Assembly: GCF_006345805.1 (NCBI RefSeq)
Contig: NC_042998.1
Coordinates: forward strand, 49,972,001 to 50,036,000
DNA: 64,000 nucleotides
DNA from: Octopus sinensis
Taxonomy: Eukaryota
Direction of reading: 5' to 3'
The notes under the pieces are model-generated. The model saw nothing but the letters and a program-made list of their open reading frames with translations, was not told where the DNA came from and made no database searches. Position 1 is the stretch's first letter. Each line of letters starts with the position of its first letter. Below, piece by piece: positions 25,267-38,999 of this stretch. The translations under genes and the position numbers were made by a program.

Positions 25267-26249
25267 AACATACACGAGTGAGTAAAGAAAGGAGCAGAAG
25301 TAATACTTATGTAGTTTGAATTGTACTTATTGTGTAATAGGTCGACCTCGCTTCTCAAGTTACTTAATGTTTCTTAACTAGTGGTCGTGTGTTTTTGACG
25401 TCCAAGAAACTGTAGCTAGCATGAGGAACAAACTCAGCCTGTAACACAAGCGGCTGTTTACTATATTTTACTCACATGATATTGATCCTCCCGAGGCTAT
25501 AATAGAAGACAGGACACTCGCTCAAGGTGTCACACAGTGAGACCGAACCCGAAACCGCGTGGTTGCTAAGTGAGTTTTTTAACCGAACAATCAAGTTTAC
25601 ACTTCTACATATAAGCATGCATACATACATGTCATAGGACTGGCGGCAAAATCGATTATCGTTATCAAAAATATAAAATCAATTTTCTTTGCTTTTAGAA
25701 CTTTACTACATTGCTGCAATCATTCAGCTTTCAATATAATACAATGCTACCACACAGCTCTCTTTCTCACACACAGTCTGCACCTAACTTTAAATACGGT
25801 TCACAAAAATTAATAAATTTTTGGAGATAATCAGCAATGAACTCGATATAATATAATTTTAAATTTATTAAAGATAATATGCCGCCCTTTCTACAGTATG
25901 TATATATATGCATAACACTGGTTGCATATTTGCATGTGTTTGAGCATAATGTATAGAGATAGAATGCGAGGATATAATGTGTGTCTGTAGATATTTATAT
26001 AGCCAGCTATACATATATACAGAAATACATCATACATTATTTTCTGAAAGGTAGTGTGAATTATATAATAGTATGTTCTATGTAGTAATGGATGCATCAA
26101 GAAAAGTGCGGTATTAATGCAATGTAGATATGAAGTGCAAATAAATAACAGTATAATAGTTGATTGTGAATTTTCACTAAACTGGAACAAAATATGATTA
26201 TACACAGTTATACAGGTTTAAAATGTACACTCACTTAACTATATGAAAA

Positions 26250-26287
<38 letters not shown>

Positions 26288-26480
26288 TATATAAGTCAAG
26301 ACGCAAATTCCCACACATAATATTCATTGTTCTTATTAGTAACTTAAAGGAGAAATGATAGAGCTCGTGACCCTTTTTCCTTTTTTCAGAGAATTCCTGG
26401 CTGACTGGAGCGAGCAACGCCGTAATTTAAGACACTGTAGGCTCAGATAAAGACAGATACGTTATTGAAGTCTGTTACCT

Positions 26481-26710
26481 ATTTCTTTATTACCCACAAG
26501 GGGCTAAACACAGAGGGGACAAACAAGGACAGATATAGGTATTAAGTCGATTACATCGACCCCAGTGCGTAACTGGTACTTAATTTATCGACCCCGAAAG
26601 GATGAACGGCAAAGTCGACCTCGGCGGAATTTGAACTCAGAACGTAGCGGCAGACGAAATACCGCTAAGCATTTCGCCCGGCGTGCTAACGTTTCTGCCA
26701 GCTCGCCGCC
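26481..26710 (-). mobile_element. S1 tRNA-derived SINE, full length
   Basis: 19-bp TSD TTATTGAAGTCTGTTACCT at 26462-26480 and 26711-26729. Confidence 0.92.
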
Positions 26711-27329
26711 TTATTGAAGTCTGTTACCTTATGTTTTTCACTTTTGGATTTACCATTGTTTTTGTTAATAAGATGTGTCTTTCTATTGTCATTTAATCTC
26801 TTCATATTCAGTGTAGTTCCTTGGTTCCTAAATAGTTATAAGTCTGTGTTTAAACTAATTCTCTAATCTCTCGCTTTTCTTTTATCTAACATGATGTTCC
26901 TAGTGTTATCAGTTAAATTTTTTCTCTTGAATTTTGCATGCCATATTTTTGTTAATTCGAACGTCGTAAGAATTCCGTATCCTTAGTGGCAAAAGTGTTA
27001 AGAGTAACAAGGACAATAGCGACAACAGTGACAGCCGCGACAGCTTCGACAGCAGCAGCACTGACCGCAGTAAAGTTAACGATAACAGTAGACTCAGTAG
27101 CAGCAATAACGGCTGTAGCAACATGCTATCAGCAACAATAATTAGATCTTCCTTGCTAGAGTAGTCTCCAACAGAGAACTATACAGTCTATCCCTCGAAG
27201 ATAATCAGATGCTGCTCGATTTTGGAAATACGAGAGGAGAAAAGTAGAGTCTACGTGTCCTTCTCAAACTTTTGCTTCCACTGCTAGAAAGACTATTATA
27301 TATCGCTGCATTAGTTTACCAACACGTTG

Positions 27330-27800
27330 ATTGGAAGCAGCCAATAACCAACGATTACAAGGGTCCTTCGTGATGTATGGCAAGATATAGAATATGTAAC
27401 TTGGACAAAAGAAGTTCAGCGGGTTCGAGGTGCAGTTTAAGTCTAAGGCCAACACACTGCAGCATTCAGTAATCGCCCATCGCAGCAACAAATCTGCTCT
27501 TACCCTACATATTTGAGAAAAAAGTTGGCAAAGGTAACAATACCGGGGATTCTAACAGAGCTAGATCTTTCGTAGATATTGGTATGCATTGTTGTGATGA
27601 AGAGCGAAATTTTATTGGCTGTGAAGAGAAGGAAACAGAAGAATTGGTTTGGCACTATAATGGAGAGCCATTTTCATGTAAGGTCTATGCACAGGGAAAG
27701 GATAATAGATCTCACCTCTCTGTTATATGGGGCGGAAGTAAGAGTAATCTCATGGCCGACAATCAAATAGGAAAGGAACAAAGATAAGATTCGTTGCGTT
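27330..27800 (+). pseudogene. Highly decayed LINE (RTE/CR1-like) fragment
   Basis: ILLAVKRRKQKNWFGTIM and SLLYGAE motifs, with stops and frameshifts. Confidence 0.35.
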
Positions 27801-28005
27801 TTTGAAGGCAAACTGAGTAACGAGAAATATGCTAAACTGTATCGGCTCTCTCTTTTCCATTGACACATATGGTGCGGTTCAATTAGAATTGAATGAACGG
27901 ATAACTTTCTCCCAAAACGTAGTTTGCTCGAGGTGTTCTTTGGAAATGAATTTGAAGTTTTCAGTTCTCAGGAAATACAGCCCCGCTATAAAATCGAAGT
28001 TGCTA

Positions 28006-28055
<50 letters not shown>

Positions 28056-28127
28056 TATTACATATATAATATTTTTTGAAATACAACTTCCCACGTGGGG
28101 ACAATCGAAACTCTCCTCCCCTTTTTT

Positions 28128-28207
<80 letters not shown>

Positions 28208-28633
28208 GTGATTGTGTGTGTGTGTGTGGGAGGGTTACACACAGTATATATGTATGCAATTATAAGATCAAAGGATCTAAGCGTAGAAACCTACAACCAG
28301 GAACAATGATAATTTATTGCCGTCGGAGGTTGTAGGCTTTTCTCATATCGAAGTTTGATAAGTTGAAAAAACATTTTTATTGCTTACTTGAATTGCTGTG
28401 AATGCGAATATAAATCCAAGGGAGCGGAGCAGGTAAAATCCAGGCTACATATGTTTCCTAGCTAGCAGATTCTCTGATGTAATAAGTGCCCAACGATTGG
28501 TACCCAGATAGCTACTCATAAGATCGAAGATACCTTAATTACATATGAAGGTTACATTATCACTAATGAATCCCAAGTTATATCGCCGAAGACATAATTT
28601 GAAAATGTCTCTGTCGACGACGACGACGACGAC

Positions 28634-28688
<55 letters not shown>

Positions 28689-29419
28689 GATGATGATGAT
28701 GATGATGATATATATGTATATATATATATTATATATTTATATATGAAATTATGCCATATGTTACATATATATATATTCTTTTATTCTTTTACTTGTTTCA
28801 GTCATTTGAACAAATCGACGCCAGGACTTATTCTTTTTCACTGCATTCTTATTCATTGCATTCTCATACCACTGCCACTCCACGGGCCATTTTGCAGAAA
28901 ATCTTATCGAGTTTGACTTAGTCTTACACAATCGATTCACAAACTCCAGATTTTATTGAGAGTAGCGTTTTGTGTGCGACAGACATGCGTTCACGCTTAG
29001 ACACAGTGCACGCACAACACACATACACACGCGCTAATACACACACACACACAAGCACACGGACATGCACAAAAACACATGACACACGAAGAACCACAAA
29101 CAGGCAGGTACTAGTTCTCCAGATCCCTTACAAGCGCACACCATTCACGTTTGTGTCTTAAACAAACCCTTATAACACACCTTTCAACTTCTGGTCAGTC
29201 AACGGACAGCATGGCTGATTTCACCGGAATGGCACTTCAAATGTTGCATTCAAGTTTTTTCTTGCCTTTCTTCCTCTTTTTCTCTATTCTCCGCCTATGT
29301 CTGTAACTTTCTAACAATTTACTCTCACCTGAACGTCAAAGTCAAACTAATGTTATTGATTTTTTAACTTAATCTGTCATGTTGCTTTTATATTTTGTTC
29401 TTCACTATCTATCTATCTA

Positions 29420-29495
<76 letters not shown>

Positions 29496-29528
29496 CCAAC
29501 ATACATACATCATACATACATACATACA

Positions 29529-29564
<36 letters not shown>

Positions 29565-30845
29565 TATATATACATATATACATACACGCACACACACACA
29601 CACACACACATATATATAAATACTCTAGAAATTAAATAAACGTAACTTGAAATATAACACTACCTACCACTACTAACAACCGTAAAAATAATATCCTCCA
29701 TCACACTCACAGATTAAGTACTATGAATGCCTCTACAGAAGCCCCAAATATCTTCTGAAAAACCATACACTTCTTCCACCACCACGACCACCACCATCAC
29801 CACTACCATCGCCACCGCCAACAATAACAACAACAACGACGACAATGATATTACGTCTTCTACCACTACCACTATGACGGTTATTGCGATAAGAAGATCT
29901 TGCCGATAATGATATTACGCCATTAGAATCATTGAGCTGTTAACATAATGTCTGTTTATCTCTTTTGACGTTTTCACCCGTGTTAGAATTCTTCCATTGT
30001 CACCGAGAACAATGAGAAAGCTTCGTAAACGTATAGTGAATTATAACCACATTGAAACAAGTGGCAAGTTTTGATGTGAGGCTAAAGGTGCAGAACAAGT
30101 AAAACAACTGTTATAGTAGTGGGATCATATTGATAGTGGCAATTTATTTCCACCCGAGTGTCTTTGCCTGGTCGATCGACCTGGTAGAATTAGCAACCAA
30201 ATCTTCCTCAAATCACATCCAAGCGTGTCTAGACGAAAAAAAAATAATAAGAAGTTAACTCGCGAAATAGTGTCGCATGACATGACTCCGCGAAATAGTG
30301 ACATTACTTCGATGGTTACAGCAAGATCATTTTTGGACTTAGGTCTGCATCGTGAAATTTGACCTGGGTGGAGCGGGGGTGGTACAGTTTTTTTTTTGTC
30401 GTTTTAATCTTTTGCTTGTTTCAGACACTAGACTGCGGCCACATTTTAGTCTAGTGGTTAGAGCAGCGGATTCGCGGTCGAGGGATCGCGGGTTCGAATC
30501 TCAGACCGGGCGATATGTGTGTTTATGAGCGAAGCACCTAAGCTCCACGCGGCTCCGGCAGAAGGTAATGGCGAATTTCTGCTGACTCTTTCGCCGCAAC
30601 TTTCTCTCACTCTTTCCTCCTGCATCTTGCAGCTCACCTGCGACAGACCGGTGTCTCATCCAGGTGGGGGACCTATACGCCACGAAACCGGGAAAGAAAC
30701 AAACAAACAACATTTTAGCCGAATGAATTGACCCCAGTACTTATTCTATCGGTTATTTTTGCCGAAACGCTAAGTTTCAGGGACGTAAATACACTAACAT
30801 CAGTTGTCAAGTGGTGGTGGTGGTGGGGATAAACGCAGACATGAA

Positions 30846-30889
<44 letters not shown>

Positions 30890-31124
30890 ACGGACTTTTT
30901 CAGTTTCCACCTATCAAATCCGATCTTAAGGTGATATGCAGTGGGACTGAACCGAGAACCATGTGGTTGAGAAGCCAGCTCCTAACCACACAGCCACGCC
31001 TGCACCTATTTATTCATTTATTTGTTTATACTTTTTATCTAAAACGTCCTTGTAAAGCTGGTATGCCATAACAGATCGCAGAAGGAATACAACACCTTAT
31101 CTAAAAATAAAAGAAAATAATAAT

Positions 31125-31820
31125 TTCAAATTCTGGTACAGCACCAACAGTTTTAGGGAGGGAGTAAGTCGATTTCAATGACTCCAGTGTTCGACTGGAA
31201 CGCTATTTTATCGATCTCGAAAGGTTGGAAGCCAAAGTCGACCCTGGCGGAATTTGAACTCAGAACGTTAAGTAGGAAGAAATGCTCCTATTTTGTCTCA
31301 CGCTCCAACGGTTCTTCAGCTCGCCGCCTTAAAATAATGGAAAATAACCCTTTCTACAAAGGGCACAAGGCCTGAAATTTGGTGGGAGGTAGGCAATCAA
31401 TTAGATGTAACCCAGTATGCAACTATATATACTTATTTTATCGACCCCGAAGAATGAAAGGCAATGTCGACCCCAGCGGCATTTGAACTCAGAACGTAAA
31501 GACAAACGAAATACCGCTAAACACTTCGCCCGGCGTGTTAACGTTTCTACCAGGATGAAAAGCAAACTCGACCTTGGCAAAATTTGAACTGAGAACGTAA
31601 AAACGGACGAAATACCTATTTCTTTACTTCCCACAAGGGGCTAAACACAGAGAGGATAAACAAGGACAGACAGTGTGTAACTGGTACTTATTTAATCGAC
31701 CCCGAAAGGATGAAAGGCAAAGTCGACCTCGGCGGAATTTGAACTCAGAGCGTAACGGCAGACGAATTACGGCTACGCATTTCGCCCGGCGTGCTAACGT
31801 TTCTGCCTACTCTCCGCCTT
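31125..31820 (-). mobile_element. Cluster of S1 SINEs (monomer plus multimer)
   Basis: Repeated S1 bodies and B boxes; fixed junction at ~31610-31625. Confidence 0.8.
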
Positions 31821-33449
31821 AATAGAAAATAATATCGATGCAAGATAGAACAGGTTATTCTATAACGACATTATTCGACTTTCAACAAGTCGCTCAGTTG
31901 GATAGAGGTAGCAACTAAATCACAATTAAATTATACACCAACGTTTTAAAAACCAGAGGAACGCATTGACTGATCTAGTCCAAGACATACCATTGCTTAG
32001 ACGCAAAAAGATGGGATAGTCACAACTGATACATTTTTGAATCATGCTTGCGTTCGATAATTGCTGACCTGGCTGGGATGGAACAATAACATGACGCAAT
32101 CTATTTTTTCCTGGCAACTCGCAATGCTTATTGATTCCAATATTACGATATTTCTAAAGTTATGATATATATATATATATATATATCTATGTATGTATAT
32201 TTTATTCGCTTTTATTTTATTTTATTTTGCTCCATATTACTAAATCACTCATGTTATCTAAGAAGCATGTTAAGAGATGTTTCAAATAAATATGGTGCTT
32301 CGTTTAATCCTTTCTGATAATCCAGATGTATTATCTGATACCATTGAAATATCTTTCATATCATGGAAAACAGATATTAATTCAATACTTCCAAAATATC
32401 AGCAAAGAATATTTTCAGTAGATGATTTTTTTTTCTTCTTTATTCTAATATATCATCAGAGTAACATATTTTCAATACCAGTGAAGTATGTTCTTTTATT
32501 TTTATTATCATATTGCTGCTCCTATTATTTTCAATATCACTATATTATTTCTGATATCACTGAAATAATTCGATTATCTTTCAAAGAACCCCCCCCCCCC
32601 CAAAAAAAGCGAAAGACTTGGTTACGTTCTTTAAAACTCACACTTGCGCGCGAACATATATTCAATGAACGTGGCAGCCAGTGAAATATAGTGTGGCTCA
32701 AAATAATCACTCGATCTACTGGAAAAAGCAACCAAATTGCATACTTCTGCTTTATATAAAGTGTAGTACAGACTGATATAATCCTGAAAAATATATAAAT
32801 AAAGGAAATAAGACGGCTCGGACGCCTTTGATCATAGATCTGTTCACGCAGGGCTGATCGGGGACAAAGCAACAATCAGAACAATATACACATACATATA
32901 TACAATCAGACAGACATATAGACGCACACATTGTTCTTTAGAATCAAAAGTCACCTCTGGCAGTCAAAAACAATTTGCTGATTCTCACCAGTATATAAAA
33001 AAAATTAAAGAAGTATTGGTTAAAATCCAACAATGATGTGGTGTAACGTTAACAGTAACAACAACAAGAACAACAGCCACAATAACAACACTAAAAGCTC
33101 ATTATAATCATCTTTATCAGGAACATGGTCGTCGTTATCGTCGTCGTCGTCGTCGTCATGGCCATCGTCATCAGTATTACCGCCACCAACATCACAACCA
33201 CCGCCATCTTGATCTCTACTATCGCAATCACCATCATATTTTATCTCTATTACCACCTCCTCTGTCCTCACACCGTCATGAAACGCTATTACCATTGATG
33301 TAGCGTCAATATAATCATGGAAAGTAAATAATTACACGAGAGGGTTTTTTTTTTTGTTTTTTGTTTTGCAAAAAATATTTTTGTAACAAATGCAACTGAA
33401 AAATATGTTTCCTTTTCCGAGAAAGAACGTGTGTACGAGAGAGAGAGAG

Positions 33450-33480
<31 letters not shown>

Positions 33481-33776
33481 TAGAGAATGAGGGAGAGACA
33501 AAGTGAAAGACAAAGAGAGAGGTAGAGAGGAGAGAAAAGCCTGAGACAAAAGGACTATATAATGATGATTATCAGTTGCAATTATAATTATTTAAACAAC
33601 AGTTTTGTCTTCCAACCACAAACACAAACGAACGATGCTTTTATTTCAACAATTTTCTGAAAAGCAAATTTCGAAAGCCAATAGAAGAAAAAAGCAAAAT
33701 GAATACATACATATATATATATATGTGCGCACGCACACACACAATACAGATATATATATGAGTATATGTATATCTG

Positions 33777-33846
<70 letters not shown>

Positions 33847-34204
33847 TATATCTGTATGTATGTATCTATGTATACACGTGCGCACACGAACACACAGGTA
33901 TACACACAGGTATATATATATATATATAAAGAGAGAGAGAGAGAGAAAAGAGTAGAGAGGAAACTAGATAGATTTCTTTTTCTTTCTCTTTAGTGAGAGA
34001 GAGAAAGAGAGAGAGAGAGGTGGGAAAGAAAGCGGAAGAGGAGAATAGGTGGGAGAGAGGACTCATAAGGTTTATATACCCATTACATCAAGTTAATTAA
34101 TCTATATCGCAAACTGCAATCTCTCCTGATACATTTGCCAAAAGAATATGTGTCTGCTCTGTTTAGAAAGTCCTGTTTTTCTCAATTTTATTACGACGAT
34201 AGCT

Positions 34205-34625
34205 TTACGAGCATCACTTCCACTCGGAGAAAGCGCCCAATAACGTGAAAGTGGCTGAGTACTCCATAGACATGCGCGTACCCTTAACGTAGTTCTCAGG
34301 GAGATTCAGCGTGACACAGAGTCCCTGTATTGGAATTTGAATAACCTAAATTATAGACTACAACTCTTGAACATTGTGAAAAGTGAAAAAACAAAAACTC
34401 ATCTATTATGGCCATATTCGAAAGAGTAGTGGTCTTGGAAACATTATGATGGAAAGACCAGTTTGTCCTTTGAAATACAGGTCCTATATATTTTTGAAAA
34501 ACTGAGAGGACTGGAGTGACATGAAATAAAGTCTCTTGCTCAAGAACTCAACACACCGGCTGGTATCGAACTCACGACCTTAAGATCGTGAACCGAATAC
34601 CCCTAACTACTAAGCCGCGGGCCTT
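34205..34625 (-). mobile_element. tRNA-derived SINE (head B + tail X) carrying a 134-bp foreign insert
   Basis: SINE sequence breaks at 34320 and resumes at ~34456; the insert matches the 36431-36810 region inverted. Confidence 0.8.
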
Positions 34626-34979
34626 ACTGTACCAAATACCACTCTATATCACTAAATCTCTATGCATCTCCGGTAATGAAGACACCTCTTAACACAGACG
34701 TTCTCCTACAACTACAACACAATGAGATCACTGATTCTCAATACTTCCTACGTTATTTACCCACTCCTCGGCTATATGTAGTCCACCTTTTATCCTATCA
34801 CTTCCGTGTAAAACTAATACACAACTAATATAGATGTACAAAGCACTATACAATGAACAATGAAAACAGGATAAATTTTTATTAAGTTCTGCAATACAAA
34901 TACTTTCTATGTTATGAATTAAATCTTCCAAAGGGAGCTGACTTATTTCGCAGATAATTCTTCAGTGCCCAGTATTATA

Positions 34980-35242
34980 ATAAAAATGAATAAATGCGTC
35001 CTTTTTTAAAGCCTTGCCAGGCTGATGGGCCCGGTTTCCCTGGTTTTTATGGCATGTGTTCCCCAGCTGGACAGGACGCCAGTCCATCGCAGCGTTACTT
35101 ATTTTTGCCAGATGAGTGGACTGGAGCAACGTTAAATGAAGTCTTTTGCTCAAGAACACAACGCGTCGCCCGGTCCAGTAATCGAAACCACAATCTTACG
35201 ATCATGGTACTGACACCCTAACCACTAAGCCACGCGCCTCCA
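34980..35242 (-). mobile_element. tRNA-derived SINE (head B + tail Y)
   Basis: TSD CCAGTATTATA at 34969-34979 and 35243-35253. Confidence 0.8.
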
Positions 35243-35314
35243 CCAGTATTATAGTATTGTCACTTAACTAGCGTGTCCCGTGGAAATACCTACCGATATT
35301 TCGAAATATGAAAG

Positions 35315-35740
35315 CATCGTGCTGGTAGAATCGTTATCACGCTGGGCAAAATGCTTAACGGCATTTCGTTCGTCTTTACATTTTGAGTTCAAATTCTGCT
35401 GGTGTCGAATTTGCCTTTCATCCTTTCAGGATCGATAAAATAGGTACCAGTTTAATTCTGGGGTCAATATAATTGACTTACACCCTTCCCAAACTTACTG
35501 GTCTTGTGTCAAAATTTGTAATCAGTATTTCGAAATATTAAGGCAACGTGCTGGCAGAATCTTTAGCGCAACGGACAAAATGCTTAGCGACATTTCATCT
35601 GTCTTTACGTTCTGAGGTCGACTTTGCCTTTCATCCTTTCGGGATTGATAAATTAAGTACCAGTTGAGCACTGAATTCGATGTATTCGACTTCTCCCCTC
35701 CTTGAAATTGCTGGCTTTGTGCCAAAATTTCAAACCAAGA
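35315..35740 (+). mobile_element. Two tandem S1 SINEs with B-type tails
   Basis: Heads GTGCTGGTAGAATCG and GTGCTGGCAGAATC; tails ...CTTGTGTCAAAATTTG and ...TTTGTGCCAAAATTT. Confidence 0.75.
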
Positions 35741-35764
35741 TTTACAATTTTTTTTTATTATATA

Positions 35765-36171
35765 GGCGCAGGAGTGACTGTATGGTAAGTAGCTTGCTTA
35801 CCAGCCACATAGTTCCGGGTTCATTCCCACTGCGTGGCACCTAGGGCAAGTGTCTTCTACTATAGCCTCGGGCCGACCAAATCCTTGTAAGTGGATTTGG
35901 TAGACGGAAAGTGAAAGAAGCCTGTCGTATATATGTATATGTATATATGTATGTGTATGTGTGTCTGTCTGGGTTCGTCCCCCCAACATCGCTTCACAAC
36001 CGATGTTGGTGTGTTTAGGTCCCCGTAACTTAGCGGTTCGGCAAAAGAGATCGATAGAATAAGTACTAGGCTTACAAGGGATAAGTCCTGGGGTCGATTT
36101 GCTCGAGTATAGGCGGTGCTCCAGCATGGCCGCAGTCAAATGACTGAAACCAGTAAAAGAGTTAAAAAGAG
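35765..36171 (+). mobile_element. OK-like tRNA-derived SINE, full length (~405 bp)
   Basis: GGCGCAGGAGTGACTGTATGGTAAG head, GGGCAAGTG CORE-like motif, tail GACTGAAACCAGTAAAAGAG. Family name from memory. Confidence 0.8.
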
Positions 36172-36254
36172 ACGTAAGAATTTATAGAACATAAAATTAT
36201 AGATCATAAATTTGTAGATAAAAATTTCGACTGTCCTCAATGTTATTCTATTGT

Positions 36255-36551
36255 TCGTTTGTTGTTGTCGTCGTTATGTATGATACGCCTGCAGCGCATT
36301 GCGGACACTATAATGAATGTCTTCCCGACTGAACGCGAGTTCTCTAGCTGCCTTGCCACTCTTGTCTAGCCAACTCGATTTTATTCACCAGGTACGTTCT
36401 TTGCCTGTCTCTTGATTCCACTATTCTTTCTTCCATCAAAATGTTTCCAAGACCACTACTCTTTCGAATATGGCCATAATAGATGAGCTTTTGCTTTTTC
36501 ACTTTTCACAATGTTCAAGAGTTGTAGTCTATAATTTAGGTTATTCAAATT
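36255..36551 (-). pseudogene. Decayed RTE-like LINE 3' end
   Basis: KLIYYGHIRKSSGLGNILMEERIV resembles the RTE KLxYFGHIxR...G motif. Confidence 0.6.
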
Positions 36552-36775
36552 TAAAAGGCAGCGAGCTGGCAGAAACGTTAGCACGTCGGGCGAAATGCGT
36601 AGCCGTATTTCGTCTGCCGCTACGTTCTGAGTTCAAATTCCGCCGAGGTCGACTTTGCCTTTCATCCTTTCGGGGTCGATAAATTAAGTATCAGTTACGC
36701 ACTGGGGTTGATGTAATCGACTTAATCCGTTTGTTTGTCCTTGTTTGTCCCCTATGTGTGGGTAGTAAGAAAATA
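36552..36775 (+). mobile_element. S1 tRNA-derived SINE, full length, inserted in an RTE-like fragment
   Basis: 22-bp TSD TATAATTTAGGTTATTCAAATT at 36530-36551 and 36776-36797. An empty-site copy exists at 34321-34454. Confidence 0.92.
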
Positions 36776-37817
36776 TATAATTTAGGTTATTCAAATTCCA
36801 ATACAGGGACTTTTTTTCATTATGAGCGTTGGGCAAAACGCCTTGCAGTATTTCTTTCGACAATTTACGTTCTGATTTCAAATTCCACCGAGAATATCCC
36901 TCTGAGAATGAGAAAATAGTTTTACACACGTACTGGGATCGATGGTATGAATTACCTGTTCCCGCTCAAAGTTTCGGTCTTGTTCCTACATCAAAAGGCA
37001 TCAATTTAACGATTTTAATTGTCTTCGATTTCCTGTTTGAAGCGTAACACTCAAGCACATCGTGACAAGCAGAATAATTATTATGTATTCTCACGTATGA
37101 AATATTTACCCCACAACCACCCCACTGTCATGTAAATTTTTGCTCCTCTTATCCTCTCCCTGCTCCTAGTGTGTAAAAAATTTGCCCCCGGTTGAGTATC
37201 ACTGATTTACGTAGACCTCAATATCCAACAGCGTCAGTCACGGTCATTTGTTTCTTCCTATCAGCCTCCTCTCTCTGGTGCTTCCTACTTTTCCGCCTCC
37301 TCATCCAGTATCACCATCACCCTTTATCACCTCCTTCAGTACGTCTTCTTCCATCTCCTACGCTACCGCTCCCTCATCTTCTGTCACGTCTTCCCCAGCA
37401 TCGTCTTATAACAACCACTAATTTCTACCTTCGCCTAAATAATGAGGTCTGCTTGTCTCCCGTTTCTGTCTCCAAATTAAAAATGGACACGGCTATCTTT
37501 AAACTGATTTACTTTTAGATTTAAGTAACTAAATATCTTTTATTTATTTTATTTATCGATTGGTTTCTACTTTAAATGATGTTTGTAGAAGATGAGAGAG
37601 GAAGATACAGGCAGTTTAATTTTTGTCGATTTCTTTCTTATTTACATTATTTTGAATTTAATGGTTTATTTTTGTAAACAAACATGTATTTGATGATGTC
37701 GCTTGCGTGGTCGTTACTGACGGTGAAGTAGTTTACTCTCGCTTCAATCCTGTTGAAGCTCACCGATGATTATAGGCGCTCCAGCTATGACACCCTCATC
37801 ATTAAATTTCAGACAGA

Positions 37818-38395
37818 TTCTTTTCTACTCTAGGCACAAGGCCCGAAATTTTGGGGAAGGGGGCCAGTCGATTAGATCGACTCCAGTACGCAACTGGTAC
37901 TTAATTTATTCACCTCGAAATGATGAAGGGCAAAGTCGACCATGGCTGAATTTGAACTCAACGTAATGATAGACGAAATACTTATTTCTTTACTACCCAC
38001 AAGGGGCTAAACATAGAGTGGACAAACAAGGACAGACAAACGGATTAAGTCGATTACATCGACCCCAGTGCGTAACTGGTACTTAATTTATTCACCTCGA
38101 AAGGATGAAGGGCAAAGTCGACCTTGGCTGAATTTGAACTCAACGTAATGATAGACGAAATACTTATTTCTTTACTACCCACAAGGGCTAAACATAGAGG
38201 GGACAAACAAGGACAGACATAGGTATTAAGTCGATTACATCGACCCCAGTGCGTAACTGGTACTTAATTTATCGACCTCGATAGGATGAAAGGCAAAGTC
38301 GACCTCGGTGGAATTTGAACTCACAACGTAACGGCAGACGAAATACCGCTAAGCATTTCGCCCGGCGTGCTAACGTTTCTGCCAGCTGGCCGCCT
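37818..38395 (-). mobile_element. S1 SINE trimer
   Basis: Three bodies joined at GAAATAAGTATTTCG junctions; terminal B-type tail. Confidence 0.85.
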
Positions 38396-38682
38396 TTTCA
38401 GGCAGATTATGGAGGGTATATCAGACGAAACGTTGTGGTAATAACAAACAAGACGAGGACAAATATCCGCCAAATGTAAATAATGTAAATAATGTACATA
38501 ATTCCTCATCTCTTAAATATAGAACCAGATTATCAAGGTTTACAACCTCCAGTTTGAATTTTCTTTTTATTTCATTTTTTTCTCGTTCAAGACAATAAAG
38601 GTTAAATGATTTAGCTGTTGTTTCTAACGGGTTGAACAAGCGATCAGAATCAACTCTGTTTAGTAGTTGCTTATCTCCAAAG

Positions 38683-38999
38683 TAAAGGCGAGTGGTTTAG
38701 TGGTTAAAGGTATTCGGCTCGCAAACGTAAGGTCGTGAGTTCGATTCCTGATGGCGCGTTGTGTCCCTGGGCAAAACACTTTATTTCACGTTGTTCTTCC
38801 AGCCCACCCAACTACCAAAAATGAGTGTTATCTGCATTTCAAAGGGCCAGCCTTGTCACATCCTGTGTCATACTGAATCTCACTGAGTACTCGTGTCTGT
38901 TGAGTGCTCAGTCACTTGGACGTTAATTTCACGAGTCGGCTGTTCCATTGATCGGGTCAACTGGAACCCTCGTTGTCGTGACCGACTGAGTGCCAAGGG
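38683..38999 (+). mobile_element. tRNA-derived SINE (head B + tail X)
   Basis: AGGCGAGTGGTTTAGTGGTTAAAGGTATTCGGC head, B box GAGTTCGATTCC; TSD TCTCCAAAG at 38674-38682 and 39000-39008. A relative lies at 63652-63860. Confidence 0.8.

Noticed and set aside
30460-30515. tRNA-like sequences here and at other SINE heads
   Set aside because: Acceptor stems are incomplete and the sequences continue into SINE bodies; these are not tRNA genes.
32640-32880. TATA-containing promoter-like stretch
   Set aside because: It matches an old dispersed repeat also seen at ~23170-23320, 30150-30370 and 44240-44330.
34932-34972. CUGAAGA...GAAAUAAGUC hammerhead-like string on the minus strand (similar weak cases at 11725-11755, 12315-12358 and 59350-59400)
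   Set aside because: No credible stem II and mismatched stem I; could be decay or chance.
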